This document shows positions 17,324-26,492 of a DNA stretch of 53,929 bases, in pieces. This stretch comes from Nitrospirales bacterium (GTDB lineage Bacteria > Nitrospirota > Nitrospiria > Nitrospirales > NS-4). Made by a program: the position numbers and the translations under genes. Position 1 is the stretch's first letter, and every line of letters starts with the position of its first letter. The notes beneath the pieces were generated by a model. That model saw only the letters and a program-made list of their open reading frames with translations, was not told the origin of the DNA and made no database searches. The DNA lies in the NCBI GenBank assembly GCA_036005325.1, contig DASYQR010000083.1, positions 1 to 53,929 of the forward strand, written 5' to 3'.

Positions 17324-18219
17324 CGAGTCGCGAGGCTCAACAGTACTGTACCGATCTCGCCAGTCGGAGCGGCAGCAATTTCTACTACTCGTTTTTTTTC
17401 CTTCCCCCTGAGCGCCGCGAGGCGATGCATGCGGTCTATGCCTTTTGTCGTGAGGTGGACAGCATCGTGGACGATCCGGAACCCGGATCGAACCCGCGCA
17501 ACCAGTTGGCGAACTGGCGCGCGGGGCTGGCGGCGCTCTACCGAACGGATCAGGCCGCCGTTCCCCCCGCTTCTCCGGTCCTACGTTGTCTGGACGACCA
17601 TATCCGTCGGCTCGGCATTCCCCAGGAATATTTCGAGGATCTCATCGCCGGCGTCGAGATGGACCTGACCATCAATCGTTACGCCACCTTTCGCGATCTC
17701 TACCAATACTGCTATCGGGTCGCCTCCGTCGTCGGGCTCATCTGTCTGAAGATTTTCGGGGCCCACGCGCCGGAGGCGCAGACCTACGCCGTCAACCTGG
17801 GCGTCGCCTTTCAGCTGACGAACATCCTGCGCGATCTGAAAACAGACGGAGGGCGCGGACGCATCTACCTTCCAGCGGAAGATCTGACCCGATTCGGGTA
17901 TACCGAGCAGGAACTCTTGGCCGGCGCGTATACACCGGCGTTCATCAATCTCATGGAATTCGAGTGCCGGCGTACTCAGGACTACTACCGCGCCGCTGCG
18001 GCTGCTCTCCCCGAGATGGATCGCCGGGCCCTACTCCCCGCCGAAATCATGCGCGCGATCTACTACACGATTCTGAAACGCATCGAGGCCTCGCGGTATC
18101 GGGTGTTCACCCGCCGCATCACGCTGTCTCCCCCACACCGCATGGCCGTCGCTCTCAAAGCCTGGCTGGCCTGCCGGCTGAAGCGGGCTTCTGTTCCGAC
18201 TGGCTTCGCAGCGCAGTAA
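17320..18219 (+). CDS. Squalene/phytoene synthase family enzyme (HpnD/CrtB-like)
   Basis: 299 aa with SGSNFYYSFFFLP..., the Asp-rich motif YAFCREVDSIVDD and the second motif NILRDLKTDGGRGRIYLP. Confidence 0.8.
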   Translation: MTSREAQQYCTDLASRSGSNFYYSFFFLPPERREAMHAVYAFCREVDSIVDDPEPGSNPRNQLANWRAGLAALYRTDQAAVPPASPVLRCLDDHIRRLGIPQEYFEDLIAGVEMDLTINRYATFRDLYQYCYRVASVVGLICLKIFGAHAPEAQTYAVNLGVAFQLTNILRDLKTDGGRGRIYLPAEDLTRFGYTEQELLAGAYTPAFINLMEFECRRTQDYYRAAAAALPEMDRRALLPAEIMRAIYYTILKRIEASRYRVFTRRITLSPPHRMAVALKAWLACRLKRASVPTGFAAQ

Positions 18220-18253
18220 AAAAAGGCAGGCGCCCATTTCGGAGTGCCTGCCT
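18218..18253 (-). terminator. Intrinsic terminator after the cytochrome c pair
   Basis: Minus-strand RNA AGGCAGGC...GCCUGCCU (8-bp GC-rich stem) followed by seven U (plus-strand A run 18218..18224). It lies between the convergent squalene-synthase-like and cytochrome c genes. Confidence 0.7.
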
Positions 18254-18280
18254 CCACATGCCGCCCGCTTTCAATCAGCC

Positions 18281-18724
18281 CTATTTGCTTGCAAAACTCC
18301 GCTCGTAGAGAATCACGAGCCAGGCTTCGTCCTCGGTGATCGCGGTGCCGATCATCGGCACCATGCCGGTCCCGGCGCTCCCGTTCTTGAGCACCCAGAA
18401 CATCTCGCCGTCCTTTCGGTTCTTGTGGAACTTCGGATTGGTAAAGTCCCGCGGCGAGGGGTTCAGGATCTGACCGGCCGGGCCGTCTCCCTTGCCGGTC
18501 GCCCCATGGCAGTTGAAGCAAGTCCCTTTCCCCCCATAGATCGCCTTCCCTTTGGCGATGTTCTCAGGGGTCTTGGCCATCGGATTCTTCATCGCCTTGG
18601 CCTCGGCACGCTGATCGGGCGGCACGCGAGCGAGCGTCGGATCCTTCTCCTCGGCAAACGCCACAGCGGCCACCACCGCACAGACCGACAGGGCAACCAG
18701 TCCTGATTTCAGACAACCCATCAT
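18281..18724 (-). CDS. Soluble monoheme class I c-type cytochrome, paralog 1
   Basis: 147 aa with a signal peptide, CFNCHG haem motif, GMVP (probable Met ligand) and a strong SD (AAGGAGG) upstream. Confidence 0.85.
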   Translation of the reverse strand: MMGCLKSGLVALSVCAVVAAVAFAEEKDPTLARVPPDQRAEAKAMKNPMAKTPENIAKGKAIYGGKGTCFNCHGATGKGDGPAGQILNPSPRDFTNPKFHKNRKDGEMFWVLKNGSAGTGMVPMIGTAITEDEAWLVILYERSFASK

Positions 18725-18738
18725 GAGCCTCCTTAAGA

Positions 18739-19182
18739 TTATTTTTTGCTCTCGAAACTGCGCACGTACAGAATCACAGACCAGGCTTCTTCCTCAATAA
18801 TGGGGCCTCCAATGAATGGTACCATCCCCGTCCCGACAATCCCGTTCTTGAGCACCCAGAACATTTCGCCATCAGTCCGGTTCCTCTGGAATTTGGGGTT
18901 CGTGAAGTCCCGAGGAGAAGGCTTTGAAAACGCGCTGTTGGCTCCATCACCCTTGCCGCTGAGACCATGGCAGCGAAAACAGGAACCTTTGCCCTCATAG
19001 ACCGCCTTGCCCTTCGCGATATTTTCCGGAGTCCTTGCAATGGGATTCTTCAGGGCCCTGGCGGCGATCCGTTCATTGGGAGGAACACGCGGCTCAATCG
19101 GATTCCTCTCTTCCGCATACGTCATCGCAACGGTGGTTGCGAGGACGGCCACGGCAATCACTCCAAATTTCAGCAGCATCAA
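18739..19182 (-). CDS. Soluble monoheme class I c-type cytochrome, paralog 2
   Basis: 147 aa with CFRCHG and colinear similarity to paralog 1 over the whole length. The likely start is ATG at 19179. No obvious SD was seen. Confidence 0.8.
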   Translation of the reverse strand: MMLLKFGVIAVAVLATTVAMTYAEERNPIEPRVPPNERIAARALKNPIARTPENIAKGKAVYEGKGSCFRCHGLSGKGDGANSAFSKPSPRDFTNPKFQRNRTDGEMFWVLKNGIVGTGMVPFIGGPIIEEEAWSVILYVRSFESKK

Positions 19183-19232
19183 GGGGGTCCCGGGGAATGG
19201 CTTAGAAAGCTAGACATGGCATGGACTCGAAT

Positions 19233-19266
19233 AAAAAGGGCAGGCGCCCCATCCGAACGCCTGCCC
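19233..19266 (-). terminator. Intrinsic terminator after cytochrome c paralog 3
   Basis: Minus-strand RNA GGGCAGGCG-loop-CGCCUGCCC (9-bp stem) followed by a U5 tract, about 25 nt downstream of the stop at 19291. Confidence 0.7.
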
Positions 19267-19290
19267 CACAGGGAATTCTCCCGTTAACCC

Positions 19291-19755
19291 TTACTTGCCT
19301 TCAAAGCTCCGCTCGTACGTGATGATAAACCAGGCCTCCTCCTCCGTGATCGCAGCCGGAATCAACGGAACCATCGGAGTCGGTCCTCCTGTCCCATTCG
19401 GCCCATTGCTTCCATTTTTGATCACCCACATCATTTCACCATCGGTCCGATTCTTGTGGAACTTCGGACTCGTGAAGTTCCGCGGCGCAATCGGCAGGAT
19501 CGCACCAGCCGGGCCGTCTCCCTTCCCGCTCGTCCCGTGGCAGTTCAAACAGGTGCCCTTGCCCTCAAACAGGGCTTTCCCCTTGGCAATGTTCTCAGGG
19601 GTTTTGGCAACCGGATTCTTCAACGCCTTCGCGGCGGCACGCTGATCACTCGGCACACGTGACGGCACCACATCCAATTCTTCACCAGCATAAGCGGTCG
19701 AGCCGACCATCGCACACACCGATACTGCAATCAGTCCTGACTTCAGATAACCCAT
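19291..19755 (-). CDS. Soluble monoheme class I c-type cytochrome, paralog 3
   Basis: CLNCHG haem motif. Start set at MGYLKSGL... (ATG 19755), which is preceded by AAGGAGGG plus 5 nt. The ORF-track start at 19815 has no SD and sits at the predicted TSS. Confidence 0.85.
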   Translation of the reverse strand: MGYLKSGLIAVSVCAMVGSTAYAGEELDVVPSRVPSDQRAAAKALKNPVAKTPENIAKGKALFEGKGTCLNCHGTSGKGDGPAGAILPIAPRNFTSPKFHKNRTDGEMMWVIKNGSNGPNGTGGPTPMVPLIPAAITEEEAWFIITYERSFEGK

Positions 19756-19826
19756 CACTTCCCTCCTTGTGGTTAGTGCCCTACCCATTTGTATCATCTC
19801 AATAAAACAGGCCAAAAAGACGGGTC

Positions 19827-19855
19827 ACTATAGCGTGGCCTCCTGTGTGTGTCAA
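19827..19855 (-). promoter_or_regulatory. Near-consensus sigma70 promoter for cytochrome c paralog 3
   Basis: Minus strand reads TTGACA - 17 nt - TATAGT (-35 at 19855..19850, -10 at 19832..19827). Confidence 0.6.
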
Positions 19856-19987
19856 GATGGTTTTGCCCTTGACATACGCATAGGCGATGCCACGTCATAA
19901 CGTCTCGAAACCATAATAGGTTTGACGGAAAACCGTCCTGCTCCTGCCGCGGCTGCGGCATGCCGTGCCGCATTCCGGGCACCTCTA

Positions 19988-20401
19988 TTACCGCTCTGTC
20001 GTTCGGCTCGGATCCACTTTACTCCGATCGAACGGCTCCGGGAAGTAATCCGCAATAGACCGCTGCGTGAACCCGCCGCGGCCGTCTTCCAGCAAGACTT
20101 CCAATCTCGGCGCGAATTCCCAAAGGACTTGGCGGCAGGCGCCGCAGGGAGGGCAACCTCCATTGGCCCCTCCCGCGATCGCGATCGTCTTGAATCCCCG
20201 TCGTCCCTCCGAGAGGGCCTTGAAGAGCGCAACCCGTTCCGCGCAGATCCCTAAATATGTAGGACTCTCGATATTACAGCCCGTGAAGACCGTCCCGTCG
20301 TCACAGAGCAACGCCGCGCCGACCATGAACTTGGAGGTCGGCGCCACGGCCATCTCTTTGGCCGCTCGGGCCTTGATCAGGAGCTCCGCTTTATCCGTCA
20401 C
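19988..20401 (-). CDS. cdd: Cytidine deaminase
   Basis: 137 aa with the zinc motifs CAERVALFKA and PCGACRQVL. Confidence 0.9.
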   Translation of the reverse strand: MTDKAELLIKARAAKEMAVAPTSKFMVGAALLCDDGTVFTGCNIESPTYLGICAERVALFKALSEGRRGFKTIAIAGGANGGCPPCGACRQVLWEFAPRLEVLLEDGRGGFTQRSIADYFPEPFDRSKVDPSRTTER

Positions 20402-20428
20402 ATGGATCTCCCCGAACCGAAACCATTC

Positions 20429-21244
20429 TCAGGGGGTGAAGACGATTTCCTTGGCGACTTGCCCGCTGCCACCATAGGGGCCTTGCAGCTTCCCGTTGAG
20501 TGAGATGCGCACGCCGCCCGCGTTTCCGAGAGTGAGCGTCAATCGTTCCTGAGCCTTCCATCGGACCCGGTCACCTGGATTCAGCAGAACTTCCTGGATA
20601 GCTGCCTGATCGGCCCGCACTTTGATCCAGCATCGCTCAACAGCTTCGATATCCAGGACCAGTTTCTTCCTGCCATCAGGGGCAATCCCTTCCAGAGGTA
20701 ACGCACCGGAGAAATTGCGTTCCACCTCAGAATGGCCGGAAAAGGGACGGGAACCTGGATCACCCGGCGAGGTGGACGGATCGGCTCGGGGAAGCTCCGG
20801 AGCGGGAGCGGGCAGCGGTGCGGAGGGGACCGGCGCAGGGAGGGGCCGTTGCTCGCTCCGATCGCGGTCCCGTCCCATGAGCACGAACAAGACGAGCAGG
20901 GCGGCGGCAATCGCCCCGACCACGATGTTGCGATTCGTCTTCTTTCGCCGTTCTTCCTCTTCCAATTGCTGTTTCAGGGATTCCCGTTCGGCGCGCTTGG
21001 CGTAGAACTGGCCTCCCGACTCATCGAATTGCCGGATGACCGCGCCTTCGTTCAGCCCCAGGAGACGGGCATAGGATCGCACAAACCCCTTCGCAAAGAC
21101 TTCATCCGGAAGCTTTGCGTAGTTATTGTCCTCGACCGCCTTGAGATACTGCGGCAGGATGCGGGTTCTGGCAGCCGCCTCTTCGAGGGTTAACCCCTTG
21201 GCCTCGCGGGCCCGCTGGAAGTTTTCGCCGAGTGAGTCACTCAT
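20429..21244 (-). CDS. rodZ: RodZ-like cytoskeleton protein (XRE HTH + TM + C-terminal DUF4115-like domain)
   Basis: 271 aa with an N-terminal HTH (LGENFQRAREAKGLTLEEAAARTRI), a basic stretch followed by a TM segment, a Pro-rich linker and a beta-rich C-domain. Confidence 0.75.
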   Translation of the reverse strand: MSDSLGENFQRAREAKGLTLEEAAARTRILPQYLKAVEDNNYAKLPDEVFAKGFVRSYARLLGLNEGAVIRQFDESGGQFYAKRAERESLKQQLEEEERRKKTNRNIVVGAIAAALLVLFVLMGRDRDRSEQRPLPAPVPSAPLPAPAPELPRADPSTSPGDPGSRPFSGHSEVERNFSGALPLEGIAPDGRKKLVLDIEAVERCWIKVRADQAAIQEVLLNPGDRVRWKAQERLTLTLGNAGGVRISLNGKLQGPYGGSGQVAKEIVFTP

Positions 21245-21262
21245 AAGTAGGCTCTATTCGCC

Positions 21263-21949
21263 CTACCGAAGTTGCTGCATCAACTTGGTTGACATTTTCC
21301 CGACATCTCCCTCCGGATCCAATGCCTTCGCCTGGGCCAAGGCTTCACGGGCCTTCCCGTCCTCTCCCTGCTTCATGAACAATTGCCCCAGCGAAAGAAA
21401 GACGATCGCCCGCGGGACATTGGGGGGTTCGATCTTCAGAGCGGATTGGAGAGCCTGAATAGCGCCCGGGTTATCCCCTTGTAAATGAAGAACCTCTGCA
21501 AGATTGTAGTAGGCGCGATCAGGCGTCGCATAGAGTGGCAGGAGCGTGGCTTTCCGCAACACCTCCGCCGCTTCCGGTAAACGCTTTTGCACGATCAAAG
21601 CCCGTCCCAGGTAATTGAGCGCCTCGCCGTTAACGGGCTCCAGATTGACGCAGGTCCGGAATTCCCGTTCAGCGTCGGCGTACGCCTTCCGTTCAAAGTA
21701 GATGCTACCCAACGCATAGTGGGCGTCGTAGTTTTCCGGATCCAGCTGGATCGATCTTTGGAACGAGACGAAGGCTCGCTGTTGATCAGTTTCCAGGTAT
21801 GATACCCCCTGCTTGTAATGGCCCTCCGCTTCGCGCTTCTGTTTCTTCAGCGTCTCCTCGGTAACACACCCGGCAAGCAGACCGACGACCATGATGGACA
21901 CGACGATGTGCCTCCACGCCCTGCCGTCGAAACGTCCGCGATGTCCCAT
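21263..21949 (-). CDS. TPR-repeat lipoprotein (PilF/PilW-like)
   Basis: 228 aa with the lipobox LLAGC and several TPR units. It sits directly upstream of rodZ, as pilF/pilW does in many proteobacteria. Confidence 0.55.
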   Translation of the reverse strand: MGHRGRFDGRAWRHIVVSIMVVGLLAGCVTEETLKKQKREAEGHYKQGVSYLETDQQRAFVSFQRSIQLDPENYDAHYALGSIYFERKAYADAEREFRTCVNLEPVNGEALNYLGRALIVQKRLPEAAEVLRKATLLPLYATPDRAYYNLAEVLHLQGDNPGAIQALQSALKIEPPNVPRAIVFLSLGQLFMKQGEDGKAREALAQAKALDPEGDVGKMSTKLMQQLR

Positions 21950-21963
21950 GCGACCCCCCTTCG

Positions 21964-22875
21964 CTAGATGTCCTCAAAGAACGTCAGCCGCCTGAATTCT
22001 TTGAATCGCGTCTCAATCTCTTTGTAATCCAACTGCCGCAGCCGATCAAGACTGAACTCCTCCACGGCGAAGGAAGCCATCACGCTCCCGCACACGACGG
22101 CCCGGCAGAACGCCTCGTCGCTGAGATTGCCCGTACTGGCCAGATACCCCATAAAGCCACCCGCGAAACAATCCCCCGCCCCGGTCGGGTCCTTGACTTG
22201 CTCCATCGGAAAGGCAGGAGCGGCAAAGACACGATCGTGATTGAACATGAGCGCGCCGTACTCGCCGCGCTTGATGATGAGCGTCTTCGGGCCAGCCTCG
22301 CGGATCTTTCTGGCCACCTTCACAAGATTAGGGTCGCCACCCAGCGCACGTGCCTCACCGTCGTTGATGATCAGCACGTCCACATCGTTCAGCAGGCGGG
22401 CGAGGGCGGACCGCTTGCCGTCAATCCAGAAGTTCATCGTGTCGCAGGCCACTAGCCGAGGACGTTTCACCTGCTGAAGCACAGCGTACTGCAATTCGGG
22501 ATCGATATTGGCGAGAAAGAGCAGATCGGGCGCCCGGTAAGAATCCGGAATCTTGGGGCGGAAAGTCTCGAAGACATTCAATTGCGTATCGAGTGTCTTC
22601 GCTTCGTTCAGCTGGTACGAATACTCCCCCCGCCACCGGAATGTCTTCCCCGGACTCCGTTCCAGTCCTGCGAGATCGATTTCACGGCGGCGAAGAAAGG
22701 CGAGATGGCGCTCCGGAAAGTCCTCTCCCACCACCGCAATCAGGCTCACCTTCGCGAAGTAGCTCGCGGCTGTAGCGAAAAAGGCGGCGGACCCGCCCAG
22801 CACCTCAGTTCCCTCGCCGAACGGCGTCCGGACGGTATCCAAGGCTACAGACCCGACCACGACAAGTTGCAACAT
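21964..22875 (-). CDS. PfkB-family carbohydrate/nucleoside kinase
   Basis: 303 aa with the N-terminal GG motif and the C-terminal DPTGAGDCFAGGF signature. Confidence 0.85.
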   Translation of the reverse strand: MLQLVVVGSVALDTVRTPFGEGTEVLGGSAAFFATAASYFAKVSLIAVVGEDFPERHLAFLRRREIDLAGLERSPGKTFRWRGEYSYQLNEAKTLDTQLNVFETFRPKIPDSYRAPDLLFLANIDPELQYAVLQQVKRPRLVACDTMNFWIDGKRSALARLLNDVDVLIINDGEARALGGDPNLVKVARKIREAGPKTLIIKRGEYGALMFNHDRVFAAPAFPMEQVKDPTGAGDCFAGGFMGYLASTGNLSDEAFCRAVVCGSVMASFAVEEFSLDRLRQLDYKEIETRFKEFRRLTFFEDI

Positions 22876-22884
22876 GATACGCCC

Positions 22885-23775
22885 TTACGTTCCTTTCGCG
22901 GTCTTGGTCGGCGGCTTATCGAGCAGCAGCGCCAGCCGTTTTCTCGCCGCCGCGGGAATCTTGTCTCGGGCCGTCAGCACCGCGGTCTCGAGGGCGCGGG
23001 AGCAGCCGCACGGGCGTGGCCCGGTCAAAGACTGCGTCACCGCACGAATAATCCGTCTAGATAGGGTCACGTTTTGGTGCAGGGTCGCGATGATGGCCTC
23101 TACCGTGACGGCGTCATGGCCCGGATGCCAGCAATCAAAGTCAGTCACGAGCGCCATGGTGGCATAGCACATTCCCGCCTCGCGCGCGAGCTTTGCCTCG
23201 GGGAGGTTCGTCATGCCGATCACATCCACTCCCCATTGCCGATAGATAAGCGACTCGGCGCGGGTCGAAAACTGCGGGCCTTCGATGCAGAGATACACGC
23301 CTCCCTCGTGGACGGTGGCGCCGCTTTTTCGCGCCGCCTCGGCGAGCTTGCCGGCTTCATCCCGACAGACGGGATCTGCCAACGCCACGTGAGCCACCAC
23401 GCCTCCCTCGAAGAAACTGCCGATCCGCCGCTTGGTCTGATCGTAGAACTGATCAGGGATCACGACGTGCCCCGGATGGAGCGCTTCCTTCATGCTGCCG
23501 ACCGCGCTTACGGAGATGAGGCGCTCGACGCCCAACTTTTTGAGCGCGTAAATATTCGCGCGGTAATTGATCTCGCTTGGCGAGAGCCGATGGCCACGAC
23601 CATGCCGGGACAAAAAGGCCATGCGCACGCCATCCAGGTCACCCACCACTACCGCATCGGACGGCTTGCCGAACGGCGTCGCGACCCGGACTTCTTTGAC
23701 GCGGGTCAGCCCTTCCATTTCGTAGAGCCCGCTGCCGCCGATGACGCCAATGAAGGCTTTCACTGCAGTCTTCAT
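22885..23775 (-). CDS. mtnP: S-methyl-5'-thioadenosine phosphorylase
   Basis: 296 aa, IGVIGGSGLY..., FLSRHGRGH, GMTNLPEAKLAREA; PNP/MTAP family. Confidence 0.9.
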   Translation of the reverse strand: MKTAVKAFIGVIGGSGLYEMEGLTRVKEVRVATPFGKPSDAVVVGDLDGVRMAFLSRHGRGHRLSPSEINYRANIYALKKLGVERLISVSAVGSMKEALHPGHVVIPDQFYDQTKRRIGSFFEGGVVAHVALADPVCRDEAGKLAEAARKSGATVHEGGVYLCIEGPQFSTRAESLIYRQWGVDVIGMTNLPEAKLAREAGMCYATMALVTDFDCWHPGHDAVTVEAIIATLHQNVTLSRRIIRAVTQSLTGPRPCGCSRALETAVLTARDKIPAAARKRLALLLDKPPTKTAKGT

Positions 23776-24741
23776 TCAACCTACCTGTTCCGCTATCACG
23801 ACTCCCAGCGTTGCTAAATGTTCCAACACACGCTGGGCAATCAGGTCCGTTGATTCCTCTTCACCAATTGTCAGCCAGTGCACGGTCGGGTCGTTGCGGA
23901 ACCAGGTCAGTTGCCGTTTGGCAAAATGCCGGGTATCCCGCTGCAAGCGCCGCACGGCTTCGTCCCAACCATAGTGGCCTTTCAAGTAGCCGGTCATCTG
24001 CCGATAACCCAACGCCTTCATGGACCCCAGGCTCTCGTCATATCCGTTCGCCAGTAACCTTCGCGTCTCCTCGACAAGGCCCCCCTCGATTTCCCGCAGT
24101 ACCCTAGCATCGATGTGGTGGTACAGGGCCGCTCGGTCCATGGTCAAGCCGATCATGATGGAACGGAACGGACGCTCCTGGAACTGATGGCGGCCATGCC
24201 ACTCGGACAGCGGCACGCCGGTTCTGATCATCACTTCGAGCGCTCGGACGATCTTATTACGGTCTCGCGCGTGGATGGTCCCGGCCAGGGCGGGATCTAC
24301 CTGCGCCAACCGGCGCCACAGATGGCCTTCGCCGACAGCGGCCTCTTCCTCGAGCAACTGCCGGCGTAATCCCCAATCGGCCGGTGGTCCTTCCCACAGG
24401 CCGTACGCCAGCGTGCGAACATACAGGCCCGTTCCTCCCACAACGAGCGGCACGCGCCCCTCCGCATGCAAGCGTGCGATCTCCTGCAACGCCACGCGCC
24501 GGTACAGGCCGGCGTTGAAGGGTTCGTCCGGCGCGACGAGATCGATGAGCCGATGCGGCACTCCATCCCGTTCCACGAGCCGCGGCTTGTCCGTGCCGAC
24601 ATCCATGCCGCGATACACTTGTGTGGAATCCGCGGTCAGAATTTCGGTCTTGAGCGCTTTCGCGATAGGGATCGCCACCCGGCTCTTCCCGATTGCCGTC
24701 GGCCCGACGAGAAAAACGACTGGCAAGGTCATGATGTCCAT
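23776..24741 (-). CDS. miaA: tRNA dimethylallyltransferase
   Basis: 321 aa with the P-loop GPTAIGKS and ADSTQVYRGMDVGTDKP. Confidence 0.95.
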   Translation of the reverse strand: MDIMTLPVVFLVGPTAIGKSRVAIPIAKALKTEILTADSTQVYRGMDVGTDKPRLVERDGVPHRLIDLVAPDEPFNAGLYRRVALQEIARLHAEGRVPLVVGGTGLYVRTLAYGLWEGPPADWGLRRQLLEEEAAVGEGHLWRRLAQVDPALAGTIHARDRNKIVRALEVMIRTGVPLSEWHGRHQFQERPFRSIMIGLTMDRAALYHHIDARVLREIEGGLVEETRRLLANGYDESLGSMKALGYRQMTGYLKGHYGWDEAVRRLQRDTRHFAKRQLTWFRNDPTVHWLTIGEEESTDLIAQRVLEHLATLGVVIAEQVG

Positions 24742-26492
24742 CCCAATCGTCCGAAGATGCGGTCGAGCTCCTCGATCGTCAATCGCATGGCGATGCGGCG
24801 TCCGTGGGGGCAGGTGCTGGGAAACCCGGCGTCACGCCAGTCCTCCAGCAACCGCCGCATCTCCGAGTTTTCCAATCTCCGGCCCGCCCGCACCGCGCTG
24901 TGACAGGCCATGGTGGCGAGGAGGGCATTGCACCGCTCCTTCATGGAGGGCGTCGAGGACAAGTCTTGCCAGTCCTCGATCAGCGAGCGTAGCAGCGCCT
25001 GTGGGTCGCTCTGATCTAGAAGCGCCGGCATGGCCCGTACGACAAAGGTTCCGTGACCAAACTCCTCGATCTCGAGCCCGAGACGGGTCAGATCGTCTAA
25101 GTGGGCCCGCACCGATACGGCTTCGCCGGCGGACAGCTCCACCATCGGGGGCAGCAGCGCCTGTTGCGATGCGATGGTGCCAGTCTCAAACTGCGCCGCC
25201 AGGCGCTCGAACAGCACCCGCTCGTGGGCGGTATGCTGATCGACGATCTGCACCTCCTCGCCGACCTGGGCAAGCAGGTACCGATTGGCGATTTGTCCCA
25301 TCGGCCGGACTTCCTGCTCCACTGACGGCAGATACGGTTGAGCCGGCTCCGCTGCTTCTTCCAGCAACGATGGGAATTCGGCGCGGCTCACAGCCCCAGG
25401 CAGGGGGTAGGCAGCAGCGACGCTGGAATCGCCGGAGGCAGTGCGGGGCAGGTCCGCCTTTGAGGGCCATCCGGACGCGATGGCGATCCGGGAGGGAGTT
25501 GCCGCCGGTCTCACCGCCGCCTGCATGCATGTTCGCACCCATTCGTGTACCCGTTCCTGATCCGAAAAGCGCACCTCACGTTTTGTCGGGTGGACGTTCA
25601 CGTCCACATGCCGGGGATCCACCCACAGCGCCAGGACGAACCGAGGATGGTGCCCCTTCGCCAGGTACGTGCCGTAGCCTTCGGCGATGGCATGCGCGAT
25701 CGTGGAGTTTTTCACCCACCGGCGGTTCACGTACAGATCCTGGGGCATGCGAGACATCGATGTCTCCAGCGGACGGCAACAGAGCCCTTCCACCTGGAGA
25801 TCGCCGGCCTTCTCGCTCACCTCGACGCAGGCCTCGACCAGCGTCGCTCCGTACACCTGCTGCATGCGTTCCCGCAGGGACCGCACGGCGGGATAGTCCA
25901 CCACCGCATTCCCGTTGTGCGTCAGCCGGAAATGGATCGCCGGAAAGGCCAGCGCCTGCCGCTGAACAGCCTGGCAGATGTGCCCGAACTCAGTCGCAGG
26001 GCTCTTAAGAAACTTTTTGCGGGCGGGGGTATTGTAGAACAGCTCGGCGACTTCAACCGTGGTGCCGGGGGCCGCTGCGGCCTCCCGTTGTTTCACCATC
26101 GTTCCCCCTTCCAATCGGATCTCCGTTCCTGCCGAGGAACCGGACACGACAGTGATGAGTCGCACTTTCGCGACCGCCGCGATGCTCGGCAGGGCCTCCC
26201 CGCGAAAGCCCATGGTCTGGATGGTGTCGAGATCGGCTTCGGTGCGGATTTTGCTGGTCGCATGACGCAGGAAGGCCAGCGCGGCCTCTTCCACCGTCAT
26301 CCCGCTCCCATCATCCGTCACCCGGATAAGACGCCGCCCGGCCTGCTCGACGTCGACCGACACACGGGCGCATCCGGCATCAATGGCATTCTCCACTAAC
26401 TCTTTCACAACGGCCGCCGGCCGCTCGACGACTTCGCCGGCCGCGATCCGATTGACCACATCACCGGGAAGAACCGTGATTGTCGGCATCAT
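24729..26492 (-). CDS. mutL: DNA mismatch repair protein MutL
   Basis: 587 aa with the GHKL ATPase N-terminus (IAAGEVVERPAAVVKELVENAIDAG) and a MutL C-terminal dimerisation domain. Confidence 0.95.
   Translation of the reverse strand: MMPTITVLPGDVVNRIAAGEVVERPAAVVKELVENAIDAGCARVSVDVEQAGRRLIRVTDDGSGMTVEEAALAFLRHATSKIRTEADLDTIQTMGFRGEALPSIAAVAKVRLITVVSGSSAGTEIRLEGGTMVKQREAAAAPGTTVEVAELFYNTPARKKFLKSPATEFGHICQAVQRQALAFPAIHFRLTHNGNAVVDYPAVRSLRERMQQVYGATLVEACVEVSEKAGDLQVEGLCCRPLETSMSRMPQDLYVNRRWVKNSTIAHAIAEGYGTYLAKGHHPRFVLALWVDPRHVDVNVHPTKREVRFSDQERVHEWVRTCMQAAVRPAATPSRIAIASGWPSKADLPRTASGDSSVAAAYPLPGAVSRAEFPSLLEEAAEPAQPYLPSVEQEVRPMGQIANRYLLAQVGEEVQIVDQHTAHERVLFERLAAQFETGTIASQQALLPPMVELSAGEAVSVRAHLDDLTRLGLEIEEFGHGTFVVRAMPALLDQSDPQALLRSLIEDWQDLSSTPSMKERCNALLATMACHSAVRAGRRLENSEMRRLLEDWRDAGFPSTCPHGRRIAMRLTIEELDRIFGRLGWTS

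Noticed and set aside
19756-19815. 20-aa N-terminal extension of cytochrome c paralog 3
   Set aside because: There is no SD, and it begins at about the predicted TSS of the TTGACA-17-TATAGT promoter. The internal Met has an AAGGAGGG SD and aligns with the starts of paralogs 1 and 2.
19877-19892. Sigma54-like element TGGCATCGCCTATGCG (minus strand) upstream of cytochrome c paralog 3
   Set aside because: The spacing is right, but the -12 box is ATGC rather than TTGC. A near-consensus sigma70 promoter lies closer to the gene. This is kept only as a weak alternative.
24275-26008. 577-aa plus-strand ORF antisense to mutL/miaA
   Set aside because: Its composition is extreme Arg/Pro/Ala/Ser low complexity, typical of the antisense frame of GC-rich genes. 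The opposite strand encodes unmistakable MutL and MiaA.
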